From NCBI RefSeq assembly GCF_009914755.1, contig NC_060947.1: a stretch of DNA of 64,000 bases, one strand, 5' to 3'. A program made the translations under genes and the position numbers. This document shows, piece after piece, positions 1-12,440 of this stretch. How positions within the stretch are numbered: the stretch's first letter is position 1; every line of letters starts with the position of its first letter. The notes beneath the pieces were generated by a model. That model saw only the letters and a program-made list of their open reading frames with translations, did not search any database and was not told the DNA's origin. This DNA is from the human T2T-CHM13v2.0 reference genome, Homo sapiens.

Positions 1-604
1 TGATGTATAATTGCATAATGCATTGAAGGTTAACTCACAGTCTAATATGGATATTGTAACCCCTGAATTTATTACTGAAAAAAAATTAGAAATAGCTAAA
101 CAAATTTTAAAACAATTAAAATGAAATAGTAAAAGTCTACTCAACACAGAAGCATGTGGGAGAGCAGGGGAATAAAGAACAGATGGGACAAATTGAAAAT
201 AAATGTCAAGCTGACATATTTAAACCCAACTGTAGCAAACATCACATTGTACAAAGACAGAACCAAAGCTCAAATTGAGGACTGATTCCCAGACAGATTT
301 AAAAAAGCATGACCCCACTCCATGTTGTTTCTTTTAAAGATGTATTTACTATAAAGATGCAGACAGAAGTGTATTAAGGTAGAAGAATTCCCACGCTGCC
401 ACTGAAGAGAAGGAAGCCAGAGTGACTCTGCTACCCTCATTGGAGTAGATATGAAGAGGATGACCATTAATGGAGATGAAGACCATTACTTACTGGAAAA
501 AAAAGTGAAATGTATAAACAGGAAGGCATATGAATTTGTATGTATACGGAGTTCATTACAGAGCTCCAAAAATATATGAAGCATAGGAAGCAAAACTGAT
601 AGAA
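1..604 (+). mobile_element. Ancient L1M (L1MD/ME-like) fragment: inter-ORF region and degenerate ORF2 endonuclease domain
   Basis: Decayed matches to the L1 EN N-terminus (aaaaagcatgacccc..tgttgt; aaggaagccagagtgact; ggagatgaagaccattac; acagagctccaaaaatatatgaagc..aaaactgatagaa); multiple stops and frameshifts. Confidence 0.75.
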
Positions 605-1250
605 GGAGAGGAGAGAAGAGAGAGGAATTAAGGGAAAAGAGTGACAGAGAGGAAAAGAGGGAGTGAGAGAGAGAGCCAGAGAGTGGGAGAGAGGGAAAGA
701 GAGAGGAAGAGACAGAAGGAGTGAGAGGGAAAGAGAGAGAAGAAGAAGGGAGAGGAAGGAAGAGGGAGAGAGAGGGGGAGGGAGGCAGAGAGAGAGAGAG
801 GACAGAGGAAGAGGGGTGGAGAGACAGAGATGGAAGGAGGGAGAGAGAGAGAAAGAGAGAGAGACAGAAGGAGCAACAGAAAGGAAGAGGGAGACAAGGG
901 AGAGAGAGGAGGAGGAAAGGGAAAGAGAGGGAGAGACAGAAAGGGAGAGAGAGGGAGGGAGAGAAAATGAGAAAAGAGGGGGAAGAGAGAGGGGAGAAAG
1001 AAAAAGGAAGGGAGGGAGGGAGAGAGACAGGGAGAAAGGGAGAAACACAGAGAGAGAGAGAGACAGAGAGATAGCAAGAGAGGAAGAGGGGACAGAGAGG
1101 GAGAGACAGGGAGAGAGAGAAGAAGGGAATCGGGAGAGAGTGAGGGAGAGAAACAGAAGGAGAGAGGGAATGAGAGAAATAGAAGGAGAGAGGGAAGGAG
1201 GGAAATAGGAGGGACAGAGGAAGAAGGAGGGAGGGGGGAGAGAGAGAGGA
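604..1250 (+). repeat. GA-rich homopurine low-complexity tract (~650 bp)
   Basis: Nearly pure A/G (gaga, ggga, gaagg units) with rare C/T. Confidence 0.97.
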
Positions 1251-2298
1251 ATTTAAACTTTTCACATCCTTGTTGGGGGTTTTAAGACCATCCTGTAAAC
1301 AACTGATGAAGCAAGTCTACTTTTCCAGGTGAGAGTGTGTCAAATGCTTGTATACATGTGACCTAGTCAGATGTCTATTCCGTTTCTACTTCATAAAATT
1401 CCCGTGTGCTATTTTGAGGGTTCTGCTACTGTTAAAAAAGCACTGGAATAAACTTTTCTTTAAAAAGTTGGTAGATTTTTTCCTTGCAAAATCATCTGAG
1501 CCAGCTGCATTCTTCAAGTTGGTAGAGTTTGTAATTTTTGTTTTGTTTTTGTTTCTCAAGCATTTTTGCATATTATTTCAAGAAAAAGGGTTACAGATTG
1601 TATGTCTTTTTGGATCAATTTTAACCAATTATATAATCCTGAATATCTACTTTTTAAAATATGTTCATTTATTTGTGAACTCATGAGTATGTCACTGAAT
1701 ATATCATATTTTTTACTGTTTCTCTCCTTACCATTTCTTAATATTTACTTGTGGCTTTTTCCTCTTTATGTGTGTGCATATAGTTTAGAAGATCATATAT
1801 TGCTTGCTCCAAAAATCATATTTGAGATTTTATAGTTCTACATTATCTTTTCTACATATCTTTTTCTGTTTTTGTCTTTCTGTTGTCTTCAGGGTTGGCT
1901 TGACTATACTAATTTTGGGTTTCAGGATCAATTCACTCACTTCCATTCTTTGATTTAAAGTTTTATAGGTAGAAGAGAAAGTAGATGTTTGTAAAGGGCT
2001 GGAAGTTTCCCTGCACACAGAATACCCACGGGGAGGGTTGTGGTTTCCCTGTGCTTTTGTCTGCTGATTTTCTGGATTGAGATTGTGGTCCCGCTCTATG
2101 AGAAGTGTTTCTACTACGAACGCTGCACAATTGGTGAAGACAGATGTAAAACTGCAGAGTTCCTGACGTTGGAGCACGATGTCCAGCTCTAGAAAGATGT
2201 CCTATAGAGCCGGGCATGGAAAAGCCAAGGAGACTTCAAGACACATTGAGCATCCTTCCCTCCCAGGATGTGGTGGTCTGGAGCATAGACCATGGATG

Positions 2299-2737
2299 TG
2301 AGGTAGGAGGCAGACTCAACTCCAGGGATGAGGCTTGCACACTGGACCAAATGGAGGACTAGCTAACACAGGGACAGGGTGGAAGCAGCTTTCTATAAGA
2401 CACGCCCACCAGTGTACCATGCCAGTTTACCATTGCCATGGCAACACCCAGGTGTTACCAGCCCTTTCCATGGCAATGTCCCAATGACCTGGAAGTTATC
2501 ATCCTTTTTCTAGAAACCTCTGCAAAATCTGCCCCTTAATCTGCATGTAATTAAAAGTGGGCATAAATATGACTGCAGAACTGCCTCTGAGCTGCTACTC
2601 TGGGCGCACTGCCTGTAGCGTAACCCAGCTTTACAAGGAGCAGCACCTCTGCTGTGGCTGTGCACTGCTGCTTCAATAAAAGTTGCTATTTAACACCACT
2701 GGCCCACCCAATGTCGGGGCTCTCCTACCCTGCGTCA
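2299..2737 (+). mobile_element. Solo ERV1 LTR, MER66B-like
   Basis: TG...CA termini (tgaggtaggagg ... cctgcgtca), AATAAA near 3' end, exact 4-bp TSD GATG (2295-2298 / 2738-2741). Confidence 0.85.
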
Positions 2738-3319
2738 GATGGACTGCAGTCACCACAGAAGCTTTGATGGACCACAGTTGCTTGGCCTCATGTGTCTAAA
2801 GTTTACAACGCTAGTCCCCATTGTAATGTTCTGGAACAAAACCACTTTGGAGGTATGACTGAATTAAAATGCATTTGTAGATGATACAATGCAAGTGTTC
2901 AGTCTGAAGGAAGCTAAGCAGTGCTATTGTTAGCAGCACAAATGATCACACTCTAACCAAAGATGATTGAGATAGAGGCTGAAGTCATTCCTAAGGAAAT
3001 ATTTGGATAAATAAATGAGACTTTACAATCTGATGCTGGTGACCACAGGCTGCAGGGAGGTCAAGAGATACAACAGCAAACTATTGTTCAGTGTTCCAAA
3101 TGCTACACTTCCTATTGTCTAAAAAATTAAGAACACACTCTCTATGCTACCATTGGAATTTTTCTCTATGTAACTACATTTTGCATTTGTACCATCTTTC
3201 ATTAATTCTCTCCTATTGCTTACATGCCAGTCCAAAACCACTACTTGTAATTTCTCTCATTAAGGACAAGTGTAAAATCACAGTACTCAAACAGCATACG
3301 TGGAAGGCTACATAAAACA

Positions 3320-3453
3320 GAGTTACAGATTCTTAATTCCAGAGAGTTTCTAATTCTGCAGGTCTGGGTTGGGACCCTAAAATTTATATATTTTTTAAAA
3401 AAATTCTAAGGCTTTTTTTTGCTTCTCTTAGGACTATAATTTGAGAATCACTA
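3320..3453. mobile_element. MER5A (hAT-Charlie MITE) fragment
   Basis: ccagagagtttctaattctgcaggtctgggttgggacc ... tttgagaatcact matches MER5A core and TIR. Confidence 0.55.
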
Positions 3454-3566
3454 ATATAAAGGCACATGGCTTAGCAATGGACACATTATTGTTAATTTTG
3501 GCAGAGGGGACAAATAATAAAAATAGTGATTTTAGTTTTAGTGATTAAGAGATATTGTGGAATCTG

Positions 3567-3880
3567 AGCTGGGTGCCGTGGCGCATGGCTGTAATCCCAG
3601 CACTTTGGGAAGCTGAGGCGGATAAAATCACTTTGAGCTCAGAAGTTTGAGACCAGCCTGGGCAACATGATGCAACCCCGTTTCTACAGAAAAATACAAA
3701 AATTAGCCAGGCGTTGGTGGCTTGTGCCTGTGGTCCCAGCTACTCAGGAAGCTAGGGAGGAGAATTGCTTGAGCCTGGGATGCGGAGGTTGCATTGAGCC
3801 AAGATCGTGCCACTGCACTCCAGCGGGGGCAACAGAGAGAGACTCCATCTCCAGAAAAAAAAAAAAGAAAAAAGAAAAAG
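3567..3880 (+). mobile_element. AluJ
   Basis: Dimeric Alu, J-type diagnostics (cctgggcaacat, ttgagcctgggatg), A-rich tail, degenerate TSD atatt(g/t)tggaatc. Confidence 0.93.
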
Positions 3881-4001
3881 AATATTTTGGAATCCAAATG
3901 TGTATTTTGTTCTTATATATGTATTTCTTTTTAGAAACAAACTAGTTTATTTGTATGGCTTTATTGATGACTGTGGATATTTTCTGTATGAATGACATAA
4001 G

Positions 4002-5041
4002 TGTGATTTGACAGACCAAAATAGACACCAATTTAAAACTATTAATAAGATAATTCCTGAAATTAAGGAGACAAAAAGTTATCTACGGGTCTAGGGCTCA
4101 TGGCTTGGCTGGCACAGCAACTCCCTAGGTGTCTATGGCTATAAGAAAAGCCACACTCTTGCTAAACTCCCTAGGAACAGGTGCTATCAGGTAAATTATC
4201 AGACCACTCCCGACTGTGATGTATTTATTTATTTTTTATTTATTTAATTTATTTTTGAGACAGAATCTCACTCTGTGTCCCAGGCTGGAGTGCAGTGGCA
4301 TGATCTCGGCTCACTGCAACCTCCGCCTTCTGGGTTGAAGTGATTCTCCTGCCTCAGCCATCTGAGTAGCTGGGATTACAGGCACTCGCCACCATGCCTG
4401 GCTAATTTTTTGTATTTTTAGTAGAGACAGGGTTTTGCCATATTAGCCAGGCTGGTCTCAAACTCCTGACCTCAGGTGATCCTCCTGCCTCAGCTTCCCA
4501 AAGTGCTGGGATTATATGCGTGAGCCACCATGCCTGGCCCCAACTGTGATTTACAACCAAGATCATTAAAACTCTGACTGGACAGAGGACCAGTCTTATC
4601 TTACAAACATTCTTTCCTGATAACCACAAGATCCCAAGCCAGTTTCAGCAGCTTATAGAGACTGTGCACCAATTGTCTTTGCATCGTATAGCTCATGCTG
4701 TGACATAAAGAGCCAAATTGCACCACATTTTAACGCTAAAACCTCACCTCGAAATGAACATGAGCTGTATGTTATTATACATATGTGTTTACCCACTGTG
4801 AATGCATTACACTTCCCTCATAAATATGTATGGATTTCCCCCCAAACCTGCTGAATATGTATGACTGTATTGTGTAATATGGTCCCTGTGAGGCATAGGA
4901 CCCAATCACTCTTTTCCCTCTTCAGAGAGAGAGCACCTTCAATCCAAGCCAGAGACACTCTCTCCCCAATTTGCAAACTGATATGATCAATAAAACTCCC
5001 CTTTCTACAACTTAGCCCTCCTAGTGGTCTTTTGGATTACA
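4002..5041 (+). mobile_element. Solo ERV1 (MER4-group) LTR interrupted by an Alu; subfamily not assigned
   Basis: LTR-like body, AATAAA at ~4989 and ...ttaca end; sequence continues across the Alu TSD. Confidence 0.65.
4221..4539 (-). mobile_element. AluS (Sx/Sz-like) inserted in the LTR
   Basis: Full reverse Alu with (TTTA)n tail; TSD cc(g/a)actgtgat at 4210-4220 and 4540-4550. Confidence 0.95.
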
Positions 5042-5217
5042 AGGTATACCTTCTTGCATACCTAGTTTCTTTAGGATGAGCAGGCTTATGCATTGGTAAA
5101 ACCCATAATCTTTATGGCTTAGAACTCTGGAGTTTCATTTATGGTGAAAACTCTGCATCCACTCCATGTGGGAGAAGGGGCTCTTTCCATTGCAGAAACT
5201 TAGAAACCCAGATTAAT

Positions 5218-5519
<302 letters not shown>

Positions 5520-5605
5520 GAAACCCAGATTAAAGAAACAGCCACCACTGTGAACCACACTGTTCTTCTTGGAAGACTAAGAACATACAGAAGCCCTCAT
5601 GCTAA

Positions 5606-6240
5606 TGAAGTGACGTCATTGTCTAGGGGTAATACCTGAGTTTCCTTGTCCCACGGCCAAAGAAAACTTGGATGCAGACACACAAGAGTGAGGTTAAGAG
5701 CAGAAATTTAATAGGCAAAAGAAAGAGAAGAGCTCTCTGCACAGAGGGGGGTCATGGAGAAAAACGGGTTGCCAGGTTTGTGGTGAAATGCAGGAAGTTT
5801 TATAGATGAGCTTGAGGAGGCAGTATCTGATTTACACAGGCATGAAAGATTGGTTGGACCAGGTGTTCCATTTGCATAGCATGCAAAGAGGCTGGCCACC
5901 CCACCCTAATCTTTTATTATGCAGATGAGTTATCTACCTGGCTGGTGCCATGTTGCCTGTTCCTTTACTGTACGCGTGGTTGACAAAGTAAAGGGAAGAT
6001 AGAGCCTCCATGTTGAATATGCCTGGCCCCCTTGTAGCCTTTTCCTATTGGCACAGCTGCCGGTATTTACCCATGCAAGTTTCCAGCTTGCTTATCTATA
6101 TCTGCAGCTCAATTCTTCAGGCTCCTCTTTGTTAGAAAAGAAGTGATTTGGGGGCTGCTTTTTGTTAAAAGGGTAATTCTGCCAAGGACTTTCTTACCTT
6201 CACTATCTGCCTAAATAATTTCTCTCTAGCTCCTGTATCA
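5606..6240 (-). mobile_element. Solo LTR9-family LTR (ERV1, HUERS-P3-related)
   Basis: Minus strand starts TGATACAGGAGCTAGAGAGAAATTATTTAGGCAGATAG and ends ...GACGTCACTTCA; exact TSD CTAA (5602-5605 / 6241-6244). Confidence 0.88.
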
Positions 6241-6415
6241 CTAACAATTGCATGCCGTGGCCACAAGCGAGATCCAATCATTTACAACACCTTGGATGAT
6301 CCAATCACAAAGCCTCATCCTTAAGGGGGGTTAGGGAAGTTCTACCATTGGTGTGATTTTCGTGATCTTCTGAAAGTTACTGCAAAACTATTATTAGTAC
6401 AATAACTGTTTGGTG

Positions 6416-6877
6416 TGTGGAATGAAATAATTCAAACTTAAAACTGTTGGGACTTTACATTATTTTGAGCCTGTAGAGGAATGTGGCTATGTGGCCTGAG
6501 TCGTGTAATATGCGCTGAAACATCTGCTTTTTTAATGTAAATGATTAAGAAAGATCAAATTGGCCCCAGAGATAAGACCCCTGGAAGACCATTGGCCCTC
6601 CCGACAGAATTAAAGTTAAAGCAAACTTCCTCATCATGTCACAAGCTGCAACTAATCACATTCCCATAATGTATGTACTGACCTTATACAAAAACTGTTG
6701 TAATCTTGCTAAACCTTTGTCTCCGCCTATGTAAGTGAAACTTGAACTTCTCCCCCTTGCAGCACTGACCCTCTTCTCTCAGAATCTGCAGGTCCTGCCT
6801 GAGTATTCTCAAGCTTTGCACTTGACTAAATGCTATACTTTATTTTATATTCTGAATCTCATTATTGAAGGTTGACA
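6416..6877 (+). mobile_element. Solo ERV1 MER4-group LTR, subfamily not assigned
   Basis: TG start, end ...tctcattattgaaggttgaca typical of the group; near-TSD ggtg/agtg. Confidence 0.65.
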
Positions 6878-6896
6878 AGTGAGGTTCCTTGTCATC

Positions 6897-7205
6897 TTCT
6901 TTTTTTTTTTTTTCTGAGACAGGATCTCACTCTGTTGCCCATGTTGGAGTGCAGTGGCACAATCTTAACCATAGCTCACTGCAGCCTCGAACTCCTGGGC
7001 TCGAGTGATCTTCCTGTCTTAGCCTTCTGAGTAGCTGGGACTACAGGTGTGCATCGCCATACCTTGCTAATTCTTTTCAAATTTTTTGTAGAGATGTGGT
7101 CTTCCTATGTTGCCCAAGCTGGTCTCAAACTCCTGGCCTCATGCAATCCTCCTTCCTCTCCTCCCAAAGTGCTGGAATTACAGTCATGAGCCATCATGCT
7201 TGGCT
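6897..7205 (-). mobile_element. AluJ
   Basis: PolyT followed by reverse Alu with J-type atagctcactgcagcctcgaactcctgggctc. Confidence 0.93.
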
Positions 7206-7498
7206 CCCAATTCTTGAATTAAGAACAGTAACAGGAGGGACACTGTGAGGTCAACTGCTTTGTTTACATGAATATTTAGATTGCAGTGGAAATTAATATT
7301 GATGGGAGGATATCCCTAGGTAAAGGTTATTCCACATTCCAAGTCTATAAATATTTGAGTGAGGCTCACTCATTTTTAGGAAAGAGGAGTAGATGAAAAT
7401 GGGGGAGCCAAGAAAGTTATGCATAGAGTTCTGTCTCTGTAGTCTTATATTTACAGGACATATCTTGAGAATCTATCTTTTCCATCACTGAAATTGTC

Positions 7499-7841
7499 TA
7501 ATATGGTTTGGCTGTGTCCACACCCAACCCTCATCTTGAATTTCCACATGTTGTGGAAGGGACCTGGTCGGAGGTAATTGAATCATGGGGGCAAGCCTTT
7601 CCTGTGCTCTTCTCGTGATAGTGAGTAAGTCTCATGACATCTGATGGTTTTATAAAGGGCAGTTTTCCTACGCAAGCTCTCTTTGCCTCCGCCATTCATG
7701 TAAGATGTGACTTGCTCCTCCTTGCCTTCTGCCATCATTGTGAAGCCTCCCCAGCCACGTGGAACTGTAAGTTCATTAAACATCTTTTCCTTCCCGGTCT
7801 CGTATATGTCTTTATCAGCAGCATGAAAACGGACTAACACA
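7499..7841 (+). mobile_element. THE1A-like MaLR solo LTR
   Basis: t(a)atatggtttggctgtgtcc ... gaaaacggactaacaca; exact 5-bp TSD TTGTC. Confidence 0.92.
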
Positions 7842-9485
7842 TTGTCCTTTGAATTTAAGAGTAATTTTAACTCGTTACTCATTTCTACTTAGAATCTAAA
7901 ACGTGACTTTTAAGTAAACAAAAACATCTTTTAATAGAATTCCTGTTTTGTAGCTTTATGCATCTCAAATCTTCAATGCGGGTAATTTTTTTAAATGATA
8001 ATTTCGAGTTCTCTCTAGTGTCTGCATGGGGAAAAAAAAAGGAATAAAGAGGAGGTAGAGTCTGTCTAGGCTCTGGACAAATAGAAAGACAAATTATAGA
8101 CAATCTATTATAGAGACTCCTGGGGATACATTTTAAAGCATCAGTTGAGAAATGTTCATGGTAAGAAAAGAAAATTCAAAACCAGTAGATGAAAGCTTCT
8201 TATGACTTCCTCATACATACACATGAAGAATAATATCCTCTTTGAAGACCTTCTTGGGGAAAAAAAAAGGTGCTATACAATAAAAAAAACAAATTCAGTC
8301 ACTAAGCCTATACAACATTACAAAATATGTGGTACACCGTCAATTTATACATTTTTTAATTTGTCAATCACACCCCAATTAAAAGCGTTAAAAAGTGCGG
8401 GACTAGAAGCAAAAAGCTTTTCTGTGTTATTTGTTATTTCACGGAGAAAAATAGTTTCACTCAAATTCCTGTTCTACCAGTTGAGGATTGTTTGGCTCAA
8501 ATGGAGCTCATTATATGTTGATGACTGAGATTTAAATAGTTCACCTTTGTTCCTCTTGAAACTGTGTTAATCCATCCAATTCATTAGGGGTGAATCCAGT
8601 TGCCAGTTACTACTACTTTTCTGCTGGGTTAGAATGATTTTCTCTTATCAACCCAAATTATTTAGTTCCCATGTAGTAGTCAACACTACCAAGATCTGAT
8701 TTTATCCTCTTTGTGACGTGGCAAATTCTGTAAAAGAAGGGCTTCTCTTAGAACACTTGGAGCACTAGGAGTTCAACAACTTTTATAGATTACAATTTAT
8801 TTCACATTTATATAAACTCGTCTACTCCTTAAGACAATGAGAATGGAAGATCCACTAAATGTAAAAGACTTTGAGTCCACTTCGTGTTCTTCAAAGGCAT
8901 ATAGACTATTTCCTAAAAATATGTTTCAAATTATTACAAAAGAAGAATCTTTGCAACACTCAAAGAAGCTAGGAAACTCAGTAGGACATTATAGTTGGAT
9001 TCTACATCCCGTCCTTCAACACTGATGTCAGCTCTGTTAGAGGAAAAACAAGTGCATGCAAATTCAGCTTTAAAATTGAGACAGTTTAACAAGAGATGAA
9101 GAAATTTCTAGACAAGTAGAAAAAACAAATATGTTACAGTGGCAGGCTATGTTAATGGATGATCACTATTCTTTGGCAATAAATAGACTTTGGTATTATT
9201 TGTTTTCTTTTTTCATCATTTTTATTTTTACGAAAGAAGGAATAAATATAGTTTTACAAGTTCAGCTGTGGGTCAAAACACAGAACACAAAACTCACAGT
9301 TACAACAGAAATGAAACATAAAGGGATATTCTCCATTGTAATAACCAAGCATATTTTTTATGGTCATTTGATAGATTATCTCTAGGGATTTCTGAACACT
9401 CTAACCTGACCCTGACTGCAGATAGGGCATAGATACTCTCTAATCTCCCCACTGTGGGGACAAATTCCCTTCCATCTGATAGAGG

Positions 9486-9909
9486 TAAGAACTCCAAAAA
9501 TCTGAGTTTATTTTGCCAAGGTTGAGGACGTGTGCCCATGACATAGCCTCAGGAGGTCCTGACAACATGTGCCCAAGGCGGTCACGCACAGTTTGGTTTT
9601 ATACATTTTGGGGAGACATGAAACATTAATCAACATGTGTAAGATGAACACTGGTTCGGTCTGTAAAGGCGGGACAACTCAAAGATGGAAGGGGGCTTCC
9701 AGGTCATAGGTAGATAAGAGACAAATGGTTGTATTCTTTTGAGTTTCTGATGAGCCTCTCCAAAGGAGGCAATCAGATATGCATTTATCTCAGTGAGCAC
9801 AGGGGTGACTTTGAATAGAATGGGGGGTGGGTTGGCCCTAAGCAGTTCCCAGCTTGAATTTTCCCTTTAGCTTAGTGATTTGGGGGGTCCAAGATGTTTT
9901 CCTTTCACA
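9486..9909 (-). mobile_element. MER4A1-like ERV1 solo LTR
   Basis: tttattttgccaaggttgaggac..ctcaggaggtcctgac..ttttcctttcaca; TSD GAGG on both sides. Confidence 0.88.
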
Positions 9910-10819
9910 GAGGTTAAAGTCGTGAAACCAAAAGCCATGTTCTAATACAGCTGTCACCATTTGGGATGAATAACTGTGATTTAGGAAATCATAAGCATGA
10001 TATATCCACTCCTAATACACAATTGAATCTATACACTGAAAATAGGGAAAGTCACAATTAGAGCCATTAAAATAGAACTCCATGGCTCTGTCAGATTCAT
10101 ACAAGGAACCAAGAGACCCTAGGGCTAAAGGGAACTCCAGGAGTTGAACAGTTACATTCTTCTGAATAGCTTTCAGTGGAGCCCCAGGCTACAGACCCAG
10201 AAAAACTGTTAATTATTTTAGAGCTCATAAAACTGAGTATTTTGCCATGCACACATGTGTGTGTGTGTTTATATGTGTATGACATCCTTTGAATAGTATC
10301 TTCCCAAACAAAGGAGTGGTACTTTGATAAAAGCAAAATTCAAGGTTTTACAAAGAAAAACTGTCAGTTCTTTTAAATCCATTGTTGAGTTGTCAGTTCA
10401 GGACTGGTTTGTTGCCAAGGAACGTGAGATAGCGCTGATCAGTCCGTTACTGTCAGTTTGTCAGTTTGTGTTTTGCTTTTCTCTTTTTAATATTGTGGCC
10501 CATGAAATCTGAGATGGCAAAAGGGAGTTGCAGACTGATCAAGCAATTCTTCCCCAGAGCAGGTCTGTTTGGGGCAGTTTACACAGCAATGTTTTTGTCC
10601 AGGTGGAGTGCTCTTTTTCCGTGGCATTTGGGCATATGATTCCTGGCGATGCCTCTTACTTTTGCAGCAGGTCCAGGTTTTGTCAATAGCAAACACAGCC
10701 AGGCTTTTTCTGAGTCTCCAAATATCACATTTTGTTTCCTTTTGACAGAGATAAAAATTATTAAGAAGACATTTTACAAACCAGAGTTTTCATTCACAAT
10801 GTGAAGCAGGTTTCTACAT

Positions 10820-10915
10820 TGGGAGCCAGGCAAGATGGGATTTAAACCCCACCTAGCTACTTTCCGCTGTTTGGACGAGGGTATATTATTTAAACTTTTT
10901 ATCCTCAGTCTCTCT
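10820..10915 (+). mobile_element. MIR fragment
   Basis: ggagccaggcaagatgggatttaaacccc..ttatttaaactttttatcctcagtctc resembles the MIR 5' half and core. Confidence 0.45.
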
Positions 10916-11264
10916 TTTTTTTTTTTTTTGAGAGGATAATTATTCTTTTCGAAAATCACACAGAAGGTAGCTAAAGGAGTGAAGATACTCCACCTGCACA
11001 TCACATAAGGTTACATTTACCCATGGAAATCTCCCATCTTAGTGGGGCTCATCTTCTCCTAAATTTCCCATAATCTGCTGAAACTGCCAATCTCACAGAG
11101 GAGGTGACTTGACATCATCATGAAACCCTAACCAGTCTGCAACACAAGGCAAGACCACCAGCAACCTAGAAGGGTCTCTGTCTCCATTTGACCAAGAGGT
11201 ACCTGAAGCTCTAGCATACAATTACTAAGCCTCGTACCAACACGTGAGAAAATGGGAGCCATCA

Positions 11265-11645
11265 TGTATTAGTTTTCACACTGTTACAAAGAACTGCTTG
11301 AGACTGGATAATTTATTTAAAAAATAAAAATGGTTTAATTGACTCACAGTTCAGAATGGCTGGGGAGGCCTCAGGAAACCTACAATCATGGCAGAAGGTG
11401 AAGAGGAAGCAAAGACTTTCTTCACATTGGGGCAGGAAAGAGAGAGCTAGCAAGAGTGAAAACTCCCTTATAAAACCATCAGATCTCGTGAGAACTTACT
11501 ATCATGAGAACAGCATGGGAGAAACTGCCCCAATAATTCAATTACCTCCACCTAGTTTCTCCCTTGACACGTGGGGGTTATGGGAATTATGGAGATTACA
11601 ATTCAAGATGAGATTTGGGTGTGAACACAAAACCTAACCATATCA
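11265..11645 (-). mobile_element. THE1D-like MaLR solo LTR
   Basis: tgtattagt..gactcacagttc..ggaggcctcaggaaac..caagatgagatttgggt..aaccatatca. Confidence 0.9.
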
Positions 11646-11812
11646 CACAGCAATCTAGCATCTTAGACACTAGATATAGTGGCACATCTACCAAGCACCC
11701 AACAATGTAATATGAGACATGAGACATGAACCTCAAGCACTCAACAAACTCTTAAATATAAGATATGGCAGAAATTCCAGGAAGCAAATAACTCTATAAT
11801 TCAGATAAGAAG

Positions 11813-12440
11813 TGTGAGAGGAAAATAAAATCTCGGGACCCCAAACTCACTATGTCAAAAAAAAAAAAAAAGTTAAGCTTGGAAACTGAGTCACACACAC
11901 ACAAAACCTCTCTTTTCTTTTGTTCCTAAACAGATATCTCCCCAGGTGGCCTCCTTCACTCTCACCATGTAACTTAGATTATCTTCACAGCTATGGGACA
12001 ATAGGAGACTAGAAATCGACTCTCTGGCCACGCTGAGATGAATGTATATTTGACTTCTACTCTATGTTTACATTATCTTATGTAAAGTGCAGATTTACTG
12101 AGCACAGGAGAAATGTATAACTGATTGTTCCTCTGCACTCTCCTTTCATATGCAACATGAGGACTCAGTGAGTGCTAATCAAAACCTCAAAATAATGCAA
12201 CCACTTGTCTCACCTTCCCTTATTTTTGTTCTTTCTTCCTTTCCCTTCTGCCTGCTTCTTCCCCTTTAAATATCAAAGCCCTCAAAACACTCTTTGGAAA
12301 AAGTGGGAGCCATAAGTCTTACTGTGACCTGTGTCACTTTTTCCTGGGTCTGTCCTCAACCTTGGCAAAATAAACCTCTAAACTGATTTAGACCTGTCAC
12401 AGACATTTTTTTGGGGGGTGGGGGCAGCGGGGGGGTTACA
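11813..12440 (+). mobile_element. MER4-family (MER4D/B-like) ERV1 solo LTR
   Basis: tgtgagaggaaaataaaatctcgggaccccaaactcactatg start; ggcaaaataaacctctaaactgatt 3' signature; ttaca end. Confidence 0.85.

Noticed and set aside
467-1265. Long ORFs (117-259 aa) rich in S/L/P or R/E/G
   Set aside because: Translation artefacts of the GA homopurine tract, which cannot contain stop codons
1845-1900. Strong polypyrimidine + CAG acceptor at ~1892
   Set aside because: No convincing partner donor or coding frame; such signals are common in T-rich DNA
12413-12435. G-runs at the MER4 LTR end as a G-quadruplex
   Set aside because: Only three clear G tracts; likely a slippage expansion with no other support
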